Source: Kudoa neothunni (Eukaryota > Animalia > Cnidaria). From it: a stretch of DNA of 21,595 nucleotides. The notes beneath the pieces were generated by a model that saw only the letters and a program-made list of their open reading frames with translations, had not been told where the DNA came from and did no database searches. Shown piece by piece: positions 1 through 10,803 of this stretch. The stretch's first letter is position 1; every line of letters starts with the position of its first letter. Where the stretch lies: the NCBI GenBank assembly GCA_964304625.1, contig OZ199840.1, positions 6,553,640 to 6,575,234 on the forward strand, in the 5' to 3' direction. Position numbers and translations under genes: made by a program.

Positions 1-423
1 GGCCACTATTCTACATTTAACCGTCTTCCTTGTATACATTGAATGGAAGCTCGCTTAATTTTGTTCTCACGCTGAATTAGAAAAACAATACTACACAGGT
101 GCTTTTTAATATGTTTTTAAAGTAGGGCATCGGGATATTTCTTATTTCGGACAACAATATTGATTATATGAGTACTTCTAAGTAAAATAACATAGTTTTT
201 TAATCCAAACTCCCTTTCAAATGCATATTAAAAGCCGTATTTGCAAAAATTTTCTACAAAGGCGATTATGTACTCACGTACTATTGTAAACATACGCGGA
301 CACACATAATAACATTACACATAAATAGATGATTACGATACTTCCTTCGTGAACAAATATTCATAGGTATATTCTCCCATAAACAACAGTATTTATTTTT
401 GACCAAAATTGCACATTTAAACA

Positions 424-3400
424 ATGCCTAGAATAAATAGAAAGTAACTTTAATCACTTTAATTTGATTAAATATCTTTGATAGGATCATTGCTCTGTTC
501 ATATTTTTACTCATTGTATTGTCATTCTTGTATTACTTGAATGGATTGAAAAATAATAACTATCAAACGGTTTATAACGATATCTTATTAGATCATTTTT
601 TGCCAACTTCTCTTTCTCCAAAACTTGAAAATACAGATCAAGTTATTGCTTCTTAGTGTGTATATCAAAATTAAAATATTCTTAGAGCATAATTGAAGTT
701 ATATCAAGCCGTGATGCATTCAGAGTTTACGTTAATGAAAATATTGTATATGTGTCTCCGCTTGGGCATGTTGGAATATCAATGGTTGTTTTAAACCCAA
801 ACTCATTAGAAATTTTAAACACTGCCCATTTTAATACTTACATGAGTTCGTCTGAAGCTGATGATTTGTTGAATTCAGTCAAATCCTGTGGAAAAAATGA
901 ACTAATTATTCTAGGAGTTGTTGTAAGTTTTTGTTTAAACGAATGCATAATACCCACTGCAGTGGTAGACCACTGATTTTTAATCCCCCTTAAATGTTGT
1001 TAGAAATATTGATATTGAAAGTGGGAATTTTTAATGTAATTTTGTCAATGTCTTATCAATATTTTACTAACTTATCAAAAATTTTATGTTTATATTTACC
1101 GAGAAATTATTTTTATGATGGACAATTCTTAATCCTCTTAAGAAATGCTTGAAAAAGAATTACGTAATTCTGTTTTTCTTTATTACAGCACTATTTAATC
1201 ATATTCTATTTAAGCCTACTATGCGTATAAGAAAATAAGAAGTATCAAAAGTTTTTAAACGCATTGTGTATATTAGCTATTGATTTTAAGCCATCCTTTC
1301 GCAATCATGGTGAAAGTGTGTAAAATCCGTCCCTCTAATATATATATATATAAATATATAACTGTTTAATATAATTTAATTTAATAAATTGAGGAAAAAA
1401 AATATTGCTTTTACTTAAAATTAAAATATTTGGTTATTATAATCCGACACACGTTTTTTGGAATAATTTTAGATATTCCTTTTTTAAACGGCACGAACAT
1501 GATCAATCGATTTTTTTTGCAAAATATTAAAAAAATGTAATACTAATTAATTAATTAACGAGGTATGACAAGAATATGACGCCTTAAAACATTTCACCAA
1601 TTTTAGTTTCGTTTTATAAAATTTCATCGGGATTAGAAATGGAGGGTGTGTTACAATGCTTTATAGCTGGGATCGGCAACCTATGGACCACAATGCATTG
1701 ACTGGCATACAAAAATTTCTTAATATCTAAAATACCTAAATACTTTTTAAGTTGTCATCCATATCGTTTTTCGAAATGTTTATAGGTTGTCGATGTAAAC
1801 ATTTTAGACCACTAAAATTCATTTTCATAAAATCAGAAAACCGGAATTAATATGGATGCTAAAATATCGTCAAAATTATTCCAATCAAAGTATATAATAT
1901 TTTTAAAAGGGTATATAATTACATTTCTTGTCATTTGACTTAGTCTAATAAATCGTTCATTCACAAACTTAGCACGAGCTTATTACACTGCAAGTGAAAT
2001 TTATTTGAGTATAATACTTTTGATTTTATGTAATTTTCTAGTTTTAATGACTTTTATAAATTCTTGTTTATATATTTAAATTAAAATTTTGAATTAAGAT
2101 TAATTTGACATATTGGTAGATTAATTTTAATACGGCGCGCATTAGAGTTAGGGTATGTCTATTCGGCCCATCACTCAAAAAGGTTGCCGACCCCTGCTTT
2201 ATAGTAACAAATTTAGCTCCACTTTGGAGAATATTGCTGAATTATTTTATTACATTATGCCTTTATTTAATATGTTTGTTATTTTATTAATTTTTACATC
2301 CATTAAACATAATTACCGTAATGTCTCGTTATTGCGTAATATTTTGGGACTGGGGAAAAATTACGGAATATCGAGTCGTCTACGCACGCATAATAACTTT
2401 TAATTTAACATTTTTTACAAAATTGCTTATATATTTTATAATTTTTTATTCATTTATTGGTAATTTTGCGTAAGACATCCTTAACTTGATGTACAGAAAA
2501 TAATATATTAGGATTCACAACGACCTACGTCTTTTCGCGGATTTAAAAGACTTTTTACTTGAAACGTTGTAACGATTTCATCGTTGTGAATGAGATCAGG
2601 ATCGTCACTTCAAAAAGTAAATTTACCTTGATTATCTTAATTTAAATATATAATTTCATTTTCTTCCAACAAAATAATATCATTACACATATGAATATTA
2701 AAATTTTTCTATTAATTACTTTATAATGTTATTTCTTCATCACATTACTTTAAAGTTTTATATTCTTAATTTTTCAATAAAAGTGAAGAAAAAATCAATT
2801 ATTTTTTTTAAAAATAGGCAACCGATTGACTCACTAATTTTGACGTATAAAAATAAACGAGCATGGCATATTTAAATATTTTCTGGTCCTTTTCTCCGAA
2901 TAGCACATTTATTAAAAATATTTCTCTTAATTGGGTATTAATCGTTGAATTATTGCCAGATCAATTTGTCGCACCACACAAACAGTGTTTTTGGTAGAAA
3001 TAGGAACTGGATGTTTTCGAAATAATTGATCGATTAAGGACGGTGTGAGAAATGTTGTAATAAAATTAAAACCTGTTTTCTCTAATAAATCTCTGCTTCA
3101 TATCGTTGAGGATCTGATAAAATATAGATGAAGATAATCACACATTCATTATCGAATGTCATTAAACTAAAAGCTCTTTAATTCCCTAAAACAACTTGTT
3201 TTCTTAAAACCTTATTACGTGTAATTGTAATTTTTCTTCGGTCATTGTAGCAGTGATAAACATAGTTGCACGCTTTTGAATTATTTTACACGCTTACATT
3301 GTGCTAATTTTTAATAGTGGACGTACGCTGTATCGGTTTTTCATAAAAATGAGCGTTCTCATCCAAATTTAATATGTATTCCGGATTGTTTCTTGACAAA

Positions 3401-6400
3401 ATCTCGGCAAAATTTCCCATCCATTGATAAATATATTTAAAATCAGCGCTCTCCTTCTCCGTTCAATTTGAGTTTTACAGGCCGTAACGCCTTCTGCATC
3501 TGTTAAACTAACATTCTCTTCCGTTAAAATCGTTTATTCAAATATCTTTGATAATAAAACAAGATTATTCGATCATTAAAAAACTAGATAATATTATTTT
3601 TCCCTCGTTGAAACTACCCAATTGTACAGACTATTTTAATATCCTTATATTTTCCGGGTTTAAATATTTTTCAAGATTTTGAAATTTTCGAATCTATGGT
3701 TTCGTCTTGTTTGGAAAAAATTCTAAAAATATTCAAATAACTTATTTTAAATTATCGAACAATATTGAAGATAATATATGGTTAAACGAAACGTTTTACA
3801 TTAACATCATTAACACCACTTAAAAACTTAAAAAGTTGTAGAAATAAATTATTTTTATTACATTATCCTTAGTTATTTGAGAATTTACAATACTTTTTAT
3901 AGTGCATCCATCAAATTAATGGATTAAAATAAAAAAAATGGGTTACGCAATAACGGGACACGAGGTTTTTTCTAATTTGTTCGATATCCACTTGTTCAAC
4001 ATTTTTTTTGTATAATTATCTATTTAAGCATACTTAATGTGACTATTATGTTTTGTTTAGTGAATTAAAGCACATAACTCCAATAAAGTTCAATTACGCA
4101 GTATCGAGGCACAACTTTTATCTATTTTTTTAATTTGACGATAAAAAAATGCGAAAACCCAATTAATGATTTTATCAATTTCCAATTGAATACAGTAGGT
4201 AATTACTAATTCATACCACCAATAATTTATAATATTCTATTTTTTGTTAATATTATTAAATTAAACAATGTATTATAAAAATTTAATGTATATTGAACGA
4301 CGGTTTTTTATTCAAAAATATACCTAATATCTATGTAATACATTTATCATTAATTCGTGATGCAAAATGATCTATACCAAATCAATCCACATTCTTGCAT
4401 AAACTTACAAATAAATAGACATATATTATATTCCCAGAAAATAATTTCATAAATTAAGTAAAGTAAAGAAAAATCTAAATACTTGAATTCGGTGAACGAG
4501 CTGCTACTCAAGAGAACCAAAACTATTACAATAATACATACTGTTACTTGAATCATTTCTTCTTTAATCCCCGAACTAGCTGAAAACTTTACATTATCCA
4601 AATAAAAATAAAGTGGAAATCTACCCGACATTTTTATTTCATTAAATTGTATCAAATAAAAGTCAGCATTGACTGACTCAGTAAGATAAAAATTCATTGA
4701 GAGAGAATGTGGAGTAAATGATCAATTATTAAGGTTTTATTTTGTATGGGCATGCGCGACAATTTATGTTGATACTTTTCTTTGGAATATGATTGTATTT
4801 ATATGTTTATTTAATTTAAAAAAATAATTTAAGTACTTTCAGATAGTTTATTTTACTTTAAAAAGCACGATATAATATTACGCATCGACACGTAAAATGA
4901 TAACAAACAACGATTATTTCATCAAACAGTTATCATGTATGTTTGTTGAATGCTCTCTACAGCTCTAAACTAATCAACATGATGATGAATCGTCATATTT
5001 TTAACAGTAAGTATAAGAGTTATTAGAATTTGAGGAGCTATCGATGTATTCAAGAGAGAACGACGTGCCTATATCTATGTTGCGCTTGTAGGCTAGCATG
5101 GCATGTATTGTTGTTGGTTATTTATCCGATATTTATTCAATAGAATTTTCTTAAATTTTAAAAAAATGAAGTATTTTGTTTTTTTAAATAATTTAAAAAA
5201 GATAAATGGGAGTAGATTTCCACATCAATTTTAATTATAAAGTCTTTTTATGTTAACATTTTTGATATATGGGAAGAAAATATTTAAATTTTGTTATTAA
5301 GGCTTTAATAAAGACAGAACAATACAAAAACTGGATAGGGATTGTGTTCCATTTAAAGCTCTAATATTGTTGGCCAAATTGATTTGGCGTAGAAATCTAC
5401 CTCATTATACTTAGAGGGTTTAACGGGATTTCTCTGAAAAATTACATGATCATAGACATGTGCGAAAGTATAATATTTAAACCAATAAAGATAAAATAAG
5501 AAAAAAGATGACTATGATACTGATCAACATGTTTATGAACAATTCCTTTGAACCCGATCAACAAAATATCTAAATTTTCTCACCAAGATCATTAAAAAAA
5601 TTGTAGGTTTATAGGAGAATAATTATTATTCGAATGCGTGTAATATATGCTTAGAGAATTGAAATATAATTTAATTAAAAGGTAGATGCTTTTTTGAGCA
5701 TCCATTGTTGTCGCCTCCGAAAATTAGCGCTACCTCGAATTTCAACGTAAGTGAAGTCTTTAATACTGATTTATGTACTAATTATTGAACAATTACAAGA
5801 CGGCGTCCTTTTCCTAACTAAATCAACGTATAGTGTCACTCAGAATTATTCTCTATACAACTTAAATATTGCTTTCTAAAATATTATTTTAACATATTTA
5901 ACAATTTGTATAGATTTATGAAAATTTACCACTGAATATTTATAAAAATGGTTGTAAACAAATAATATTTATGTGAGCATTACTAATATGGTATAATTAG
6001 AGGTAAATAATGCTTAATTCGCTCTTTTTTCATATCCCAAACGATTACAAATTAGAGGTAACCCACTGCATCACATATTATCTTCTATAAACTTCATACA
6101 TTTGCAATATATTATTTAGATAAATTCGCATTAAAATTCTAAAAATATATAAAAATTTGTGCCAAATTTTTTAAGACATAATTTTTTATGATGCATAGGA
6201 TGACGGATCTATGAAGCTTCATAATGATGTTAGATTGGAGCTTTCAAAACAAGGCAGCACCAAAATTAAAGATTTGAAATTTAGAAGTATGTGGTCAATG
6301 ATATTCCTCAAGGACCAAGCATTGTTGGAAGAAGGAATAATACACAGGGAGACAACAGACGGCTGGCCTGCTCCGCTGCGTCTTTATACTTCACTAAAAC

Positions 6401-8024
6401 CCAAATATAATGTTCCCGTCCTTAAAAAAAATCAATGCAACAATTGGCCAAACGATAACTCATTCGTTCGGAGAAGAAGATTTTGTGATAAATATCAAAA
6501 GGAATTCCCTGATATTTGCGATTGTATGGGAATCTTCTTTTACATTAAAATATTTCAAATTTTTATGTTAGCAATATTACATGATAGTTTGATTAGGCCA
6601 AAACTTCAAACCAATTGATTTCCAGTACAAGTCCTTGAAAAATTCAAAGAATCTATCCTCATCGATTCATGTTGATGATATAAATTCAGTATTGGATATG
6701 ACACCAATTGCCATTGTGTCTTCCTCTCGCCCCAAATACCTCATGCAATGTCTTCAAAGACTATTATCGATCAGTGGAACACGCAAAAACATGATCAAAA
6801 TCTACACTGATTCTAAAAACCAAATGAATATTGAGATAGCAAAATTATTTGAGATTGATCTTTACTTCACTGCCAAGAGATGTGCACCACCTTGTGCTAT
6901 CGCATTTGTAAAAAAGAATCATTCTTTCTCAGTTGATATTTAATAACTAATATTTTCTTATTTTTTAGCATTATAGATCCATGTTTTTGGATATATGCGA
7001 ACAACACCCCAGAGCCCCAGAGATTATCATTATTGAAGAAGACCTATTAGTTTCACTAGACTTTTTTTATTATTTTGTTCAAGTGCTTCCATCTTATCGA
7101 AAAGTCGACCATTATTATTGTGTTTCAGCTTGGAATGATCAGGTGTGAATCCTATCTATATCTAAAATTATAACTGTGCCTTAGTCATATAACCACACAG
7201 CTGGAGATTATAAAATGTTATATCTCACTCATACGATGCCCGGACTAGGCTTTGCAATCAAGCGCTCCACTTTGGTTAACGACTGGTTACCAACTTGGCC
7301 CAAATCTCCTAAACAATTTGATTGGGATTATTTTGTGAGATCGGATAGAATTCGAAAAGGAAGAGAATGTATAGTGCCTGACATTTCACGAACATTTCAT
7401 TTCGGAGAAAAGGGTTATTCCGTAAATTTGATCAGTCAAAAAGTGCATTATAGCACTCGGCCGGCGGTCACTTACCAAGAGACTAATTTTGATATCTCAT
7501 GGTTGGAAAACAATTCATATGAATCTTTGATCATTGATCTTATCAAGTTAATAATTTATAACATTAGATCCAAACATTGGGACAACTATATCAATTTAAT
7601 TTATCTACTCTAGGCACGCTAAACCGGTAGAGAGTAGTACACTCACCGAAATTTGTGCTATTGGGAAAACAGCCTTTGATGACTACTATAACTCGAAACT
7701 CCATAACAAACCCCAAAAGCATGAGCCCTCAGATGGAATAAGCATTGACAAGCTACGCAAAAATACTCGCACGATTTATTTTCAAATGAGTAAAAGTTTT
7801 GATCAAAAATTATGGAAAAAAGTTTCTACGTAATTAAAAACTATTTCTTCATTTCTATGTTATTTCATAGATGTTGGCACATTTGGACAATGGATGCAAG
7901 AGATTTCCACTTTGGAGCTCTACGTATTTGGTTTTCGGGGGTTCATTATATAGTAATCATGTGCCCTCTCTCAAAATATTGTGAATACAAACCAGAAAAC
8001 ATAACTCCTGTACCGATAGTTTAA
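424..8024 (+). CDS. POMGNT1: Protein O-linked mannose beta-1,2-N-acetylglucosaminyltransferase 1-like (GT13). Exons 424-443, 485-641, 686-922, 6199-6523, 6597-6907, 6969-7142, 7185-7546, 7614-7829, 7871-8024; about 651 aa
   Basis: Manual splicing at GT-AG sites gives a continuous 1956-nt ORF. N-terminal type II anchor: MPRINRK-IIALFIFLLIVLSFLYYL. Stem/lectin domain: IEVISSR...VVLNP...FNTY...LGVV|DDGS...RRRRFC. Catalytic domain: RPKYL, IIIIEEDL, YCVSAWNDQ, TMPGLG, FDWDYFVR, GRECIVPDISRTFHFG, CWHIW. These are colinear with human POMGNT1 as recalled. AATAAA at 8036-8041. Confidence 0.93.
1339..1352. repeat. Short (TA)n microsatellite
   Basis: (TA)7 read directly, followed by a degenerate AATATATA. 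Confidence 0.6.
1667..2196. mobile_element. Non-autonomous hAT element (MITE, 530 bp)
   Basis: Left end CTGGGATCGGCAACCT; right end AGGTTGCCGACCCCTG (reverse complement CAGGGGTCGGCAACCT). Perfect 8-bp TSD CTTTATAG at 1659-1666 and 2197-2204. Confidence 0.9.
2316..4117 (-). mobile_element. Decayed pogo/Tigger-type (Tc1/mariner superfamily) DNA transposon
   Basis: Left end TA|CCGTAATGTCTCGTTATTGCGTAAT. Inverted copies at 3943-3960 (17/18 match) and 4093-4117 (18/25 match). Transposase remnants lie inside. The right boundary is uncertain. Confidence 0.72.
2930..3535 (-). pseudogene. pogo/Tigger (CENP-B/DDE_1 family) transposase pseudogene
   Basis: Minus-strand fragments occur in the expected order. 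DFNGREC*FNRCRRRYGL..LNGEGE resembles the CENP-B HTH (GWLxRFKxRxG..GE). PEYILNLDENAHFY resembles IFNADETGLF. KRATMFITATMTEEKLQLHVI resembles KERLTVLLCANMTGEKLxPLVIG. NIQFLFLPKN-TVCVVRQIDLAII resembles FLPPNTTSxLQPMDQGII. Multiple stops and frameshifts. Confidence 0.8.
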
Positions 8025-8035
8025 TTCTATTTACT

Positions 8036-8041
8036 AATAAA
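8036..8041 (+). promoter_or_regulatory. Putative polyadenylation signal of POMGNT1
   Basis: AATAAA starting 12 nt after the TAA stop. The motif is common in AT-rich DNA. Confidence 0.45.
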
Positions 8042-9223
8042 TATGTGCTGAATGTAAAATAACTGGTTTTATCTTGATTACTCGCTCCTATGTCATCGAA
8101 TGAATCCTTTCTATAAATACTTCATAAAAATTAATCGCAATATGAAACTTGCAGCCTAAATAGAGCATATAAAATCTAATAGACCAGAGTTGAATTCATT
8201 CAAGAAAACAAATATGGGACATAAATCAATGCAAATATTCTGGAAATAAAACTTTTTTTCCTTTAAGATAAACTTGCCGGCGAAACTTATTAGGCTGTGA
8301 AGTTCTAGTCGGTTCGATGGATATTGTATGTATTACAGTCAATAAGGTGAAATTCCACGTCTTTATTTTCTATTTTAGTGCAGGAATTAAATCCACTAAA
8401 TATCCTCGTCTCAAGTCGACCACCAACCAAACCTACCCTTCAATTTCAATAGAGTTGGTTCTGTTGAGTTTGCAAAAATTTTATTAACTAATGCACATCT
8501 GACGTTTCAAACATCTAACCCAACCCTCCAAAAATACAAATCACTGTCTGCCTAATTATAAAACTTCTGTTATTTTTGGATTTGGTTATTGAAATGACTT
8601 ACCCCGAAAGTAGGACTTAGCGAAACATTTAGAATAGGAATATTTTGAAATGCGATAAATTTATTTAGCCTTTTATATTTAATAAGTAATAATATTGATG
8701 AATTTTAAATATAAGATTACCCTTTATTCATAACAATAAGAAAAATATCTATCTTAAAAACTAAATACACATCTTTTTCTTCCATTTTAAATATGTTTTA
8801 ATCCAATATTAAAATCCCAAATCCATTTATTTTTCTATTTTTCAAAGAAGTTATAGTTTCATTGTATTTCTGTATAGTTTAACATTGAATATATATAGTT
8901 TAAATCAATAATTTCATTTTTTTTCAATTCAAGAAAACATTAGTGAAAGAATCAGAGGACAAAATTTTTCCAACTTATTTGACGATTGTGTTGATTGACC
9001 TCTAACTACTGTGAAAGTGCACAAACCAATAATATTTTACAAATAAAAAATTAAATATAAAGTTTTATTCCAACTAAAAATGTTAATCGAGTTTCCAATT
9101 GATATTTCTTTAATTATACAACATAATTTGTGAATAGATTTTTGAGATAAACGTAATTTTTATTGTATGTTATAGTGATAATGGAATATTTTCTTAAGCT
9201 CAAAGCTTTGGTATACAGTAAGG

Positions 9224-9927
9224 CAATGATGTTCAACCTTTTTGGAACCAAGTAACCCCAGAGATTGAAAATTTTTTAGCGGATCCTCACATAAAATTAA
9301 ACCCAAATGAGGAAAATACAAGTTTTGAAATTTGCATGCGTCCCCACCAAAAAAATAACAGTGATACTTTCCAAGTTTATTTTGTATTCAAAATCAATAA
9401 AAACTAATATGATACTTGTGGTTGGTGACTTTGTCTTACAACTACAATATTGGGATATTTGTTGTCTCCATGTTAAAGCGTTGAATCAAAGGCGATAACT
9501 TTTTGGGTATTGTTCATAGGTGAAAGCAAGCAGGAGTCATTCACTTTCTTTTGTTTCAATTGCGACAGAACAACACGATCTCCGATATCGAAAAATGCTT
9601 GCTATGAAAAAAATTTTTAAAGGTAAAAGGTGAAACGATAGCAAAATTTGATAAAATTTGGGCTCTTTTATTCAAAAACCGACTCAGATTCTTGAAGCAT
9701 CGCTACCAGCATTCAATGGGTTCTTAACAAATTAAAAGGTTTAAAATATTTATTTTTAAAATTATTCTAAATTTAGGTACTTGTTATGAGAGTAATAATT
9801 AATTAAAATAGACGAAATTGTTCATATTCGACATCGCCAAACAAATCGGCAACATTTATTTAAATTTAGATGCCTGTACAAAATCTTCGTATGTATTCCT
9901 GCCGTAGAACCTGGTTAAAAACCATTG
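9224..9927. mobile_element. Non-autonomous hAT (Charlie-like) element, 704 bp
   Basis: Left TIR CAATGATGTTCAACC; right end GGTTAAAAACCATTG (reverse complement CAATGGTTTTTAACC). Perfect 8-bp TSD CAGTAAGG at 9216-9223 and 9928-9935. A weak minus-strand remnant SHQPQVSY* near 9405-9430 resembles hAT transposase C-termini (xQxQxSH*). Confidence 0.85.
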
Positions 9928-10097
9928 CAGTAAGGTTTTGACATTGCGGAACTTTCTGTAACCTAACAATATTTATTCGATATCGAGTACCTGCTCAAAC
10001 GCAATCATGAAATTTATTTTTCCAATAAATTATTATAGTTTCGAGTATTTATTTGTTTTTTAATCAATGTGTTTAAAATCTATTACAGGGCATAACT

Positions 10098-10803
10098 CAG
10101 TGTTTCTCAACGTGTAAAATTTTATCGGGCATAAACATTTTTAACGTTAAACGAATGACTCTGGTTAGCACGGAATATCTTAAACATTGATGACATTGAT
10201 GTGGGATGGATAATGATGAGATAATTGGACAGTATGGCACACCTTTAAATTAATATCTCCGTCTTCGATCTTTTTTATTTGTAAGTGACTATTAATGTCG
10301 TAAAACAATTATTAATTATATAAAAATTAATAACATTTAAAGAGACCTTTATCCTAACTGGAGCGGAATGGTTTTAAATCTAATCTTGTTTAATTTATAA
10401 TCGTGACGCCCTCCAATTTTTTATTTAATCTAATGTATTTTGGACTAATTTTCTGTCCAGATTATCCATTCTCGGTCTATAAGCCCCGTATACACGTAAG
10501 TCTTGTCTAATGTGACATGAATTACCACGAGTTTTTTCACTTAACGTTGTTTTAATGGAATGAAGTATTAAGATGTTAATTTTTGAAGTACATCGATAAA
10601 TTAAGTTGATCTGACCAAAGACATCTTAATTTTAATGAAAAAAGATGGATATATTATTGTTTATTAAATTTTAATCTGACAGGAGGCTTGATTTAAAGTT
10701 ATAATTAGTTAAAATAAAAAAACATACTTTCGAAAAAAGGGGGACACAAAACTTTTCTCCAAGAAAAAGTGGGGTATGATAGAAAAAAGGTTGGGAAGTG
10801 CTG
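10098..10803. mobile_element. Possible degraded hAT element (ends only)
   Basis: CAGTGTTTCTCAAC at 10098 and AAAAAGGTTGGGAAGTGCTG ending at 10803 (reverse complement CAGCACTTCCCAAC, 10/14 match). Both look like hAT termini, but the 8-bp flanks do not match, so they may belong to different copies. Confidence 0.35.

Larger units (their letters stand above)
923..6198 (+). other. Expanded intron 3 of POMGNT1 (5276 bp), rich in transposon remnants
   Basis: GTAAGT donor at 923 and TAG acceptor at 6198 join LGVV to DDGSMKL in phase 0, matching human ICTVK-DEGSFHL. The other seven introns are 41-73 bp. Confidence 0.88.

Noticed and set aside
1-420. Possible divergent upstream gene or element end
   Set aside because: No ORF or motif I can support; the window edge truncates the context.
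2155-2403. 82-aa ORF (similarly 9307-9498 + and 10709-10996 -)
   Set aside because: These cross or lie within transposon ends and have the F/I/K/L-rich composition of chance ORFs in AT-rich DNA.
5440-5640. Faint piggyBac-like peptide fragments (KYLNFLTKIIKK; KCRF...EC)
   Set aside because: Too degenerate, and no TTAA-flanked TIR pair was identified.
6211-8024. Reading the four adjacent ORFs as separate genes or an operon
   Set aside because: They are exons of one POMGNT1 gene joined by short GT-AG introns.
8290-9968. Possible inverted ends TTAGGCTGTGAAGTTC (~8290) and GAACTTTCTGTAACCTAA (~9950) of a larger element surrounding the 9224-9927 hAT
   Set aside because: The match is short and gapped, and no transposase remnant is recognisable.
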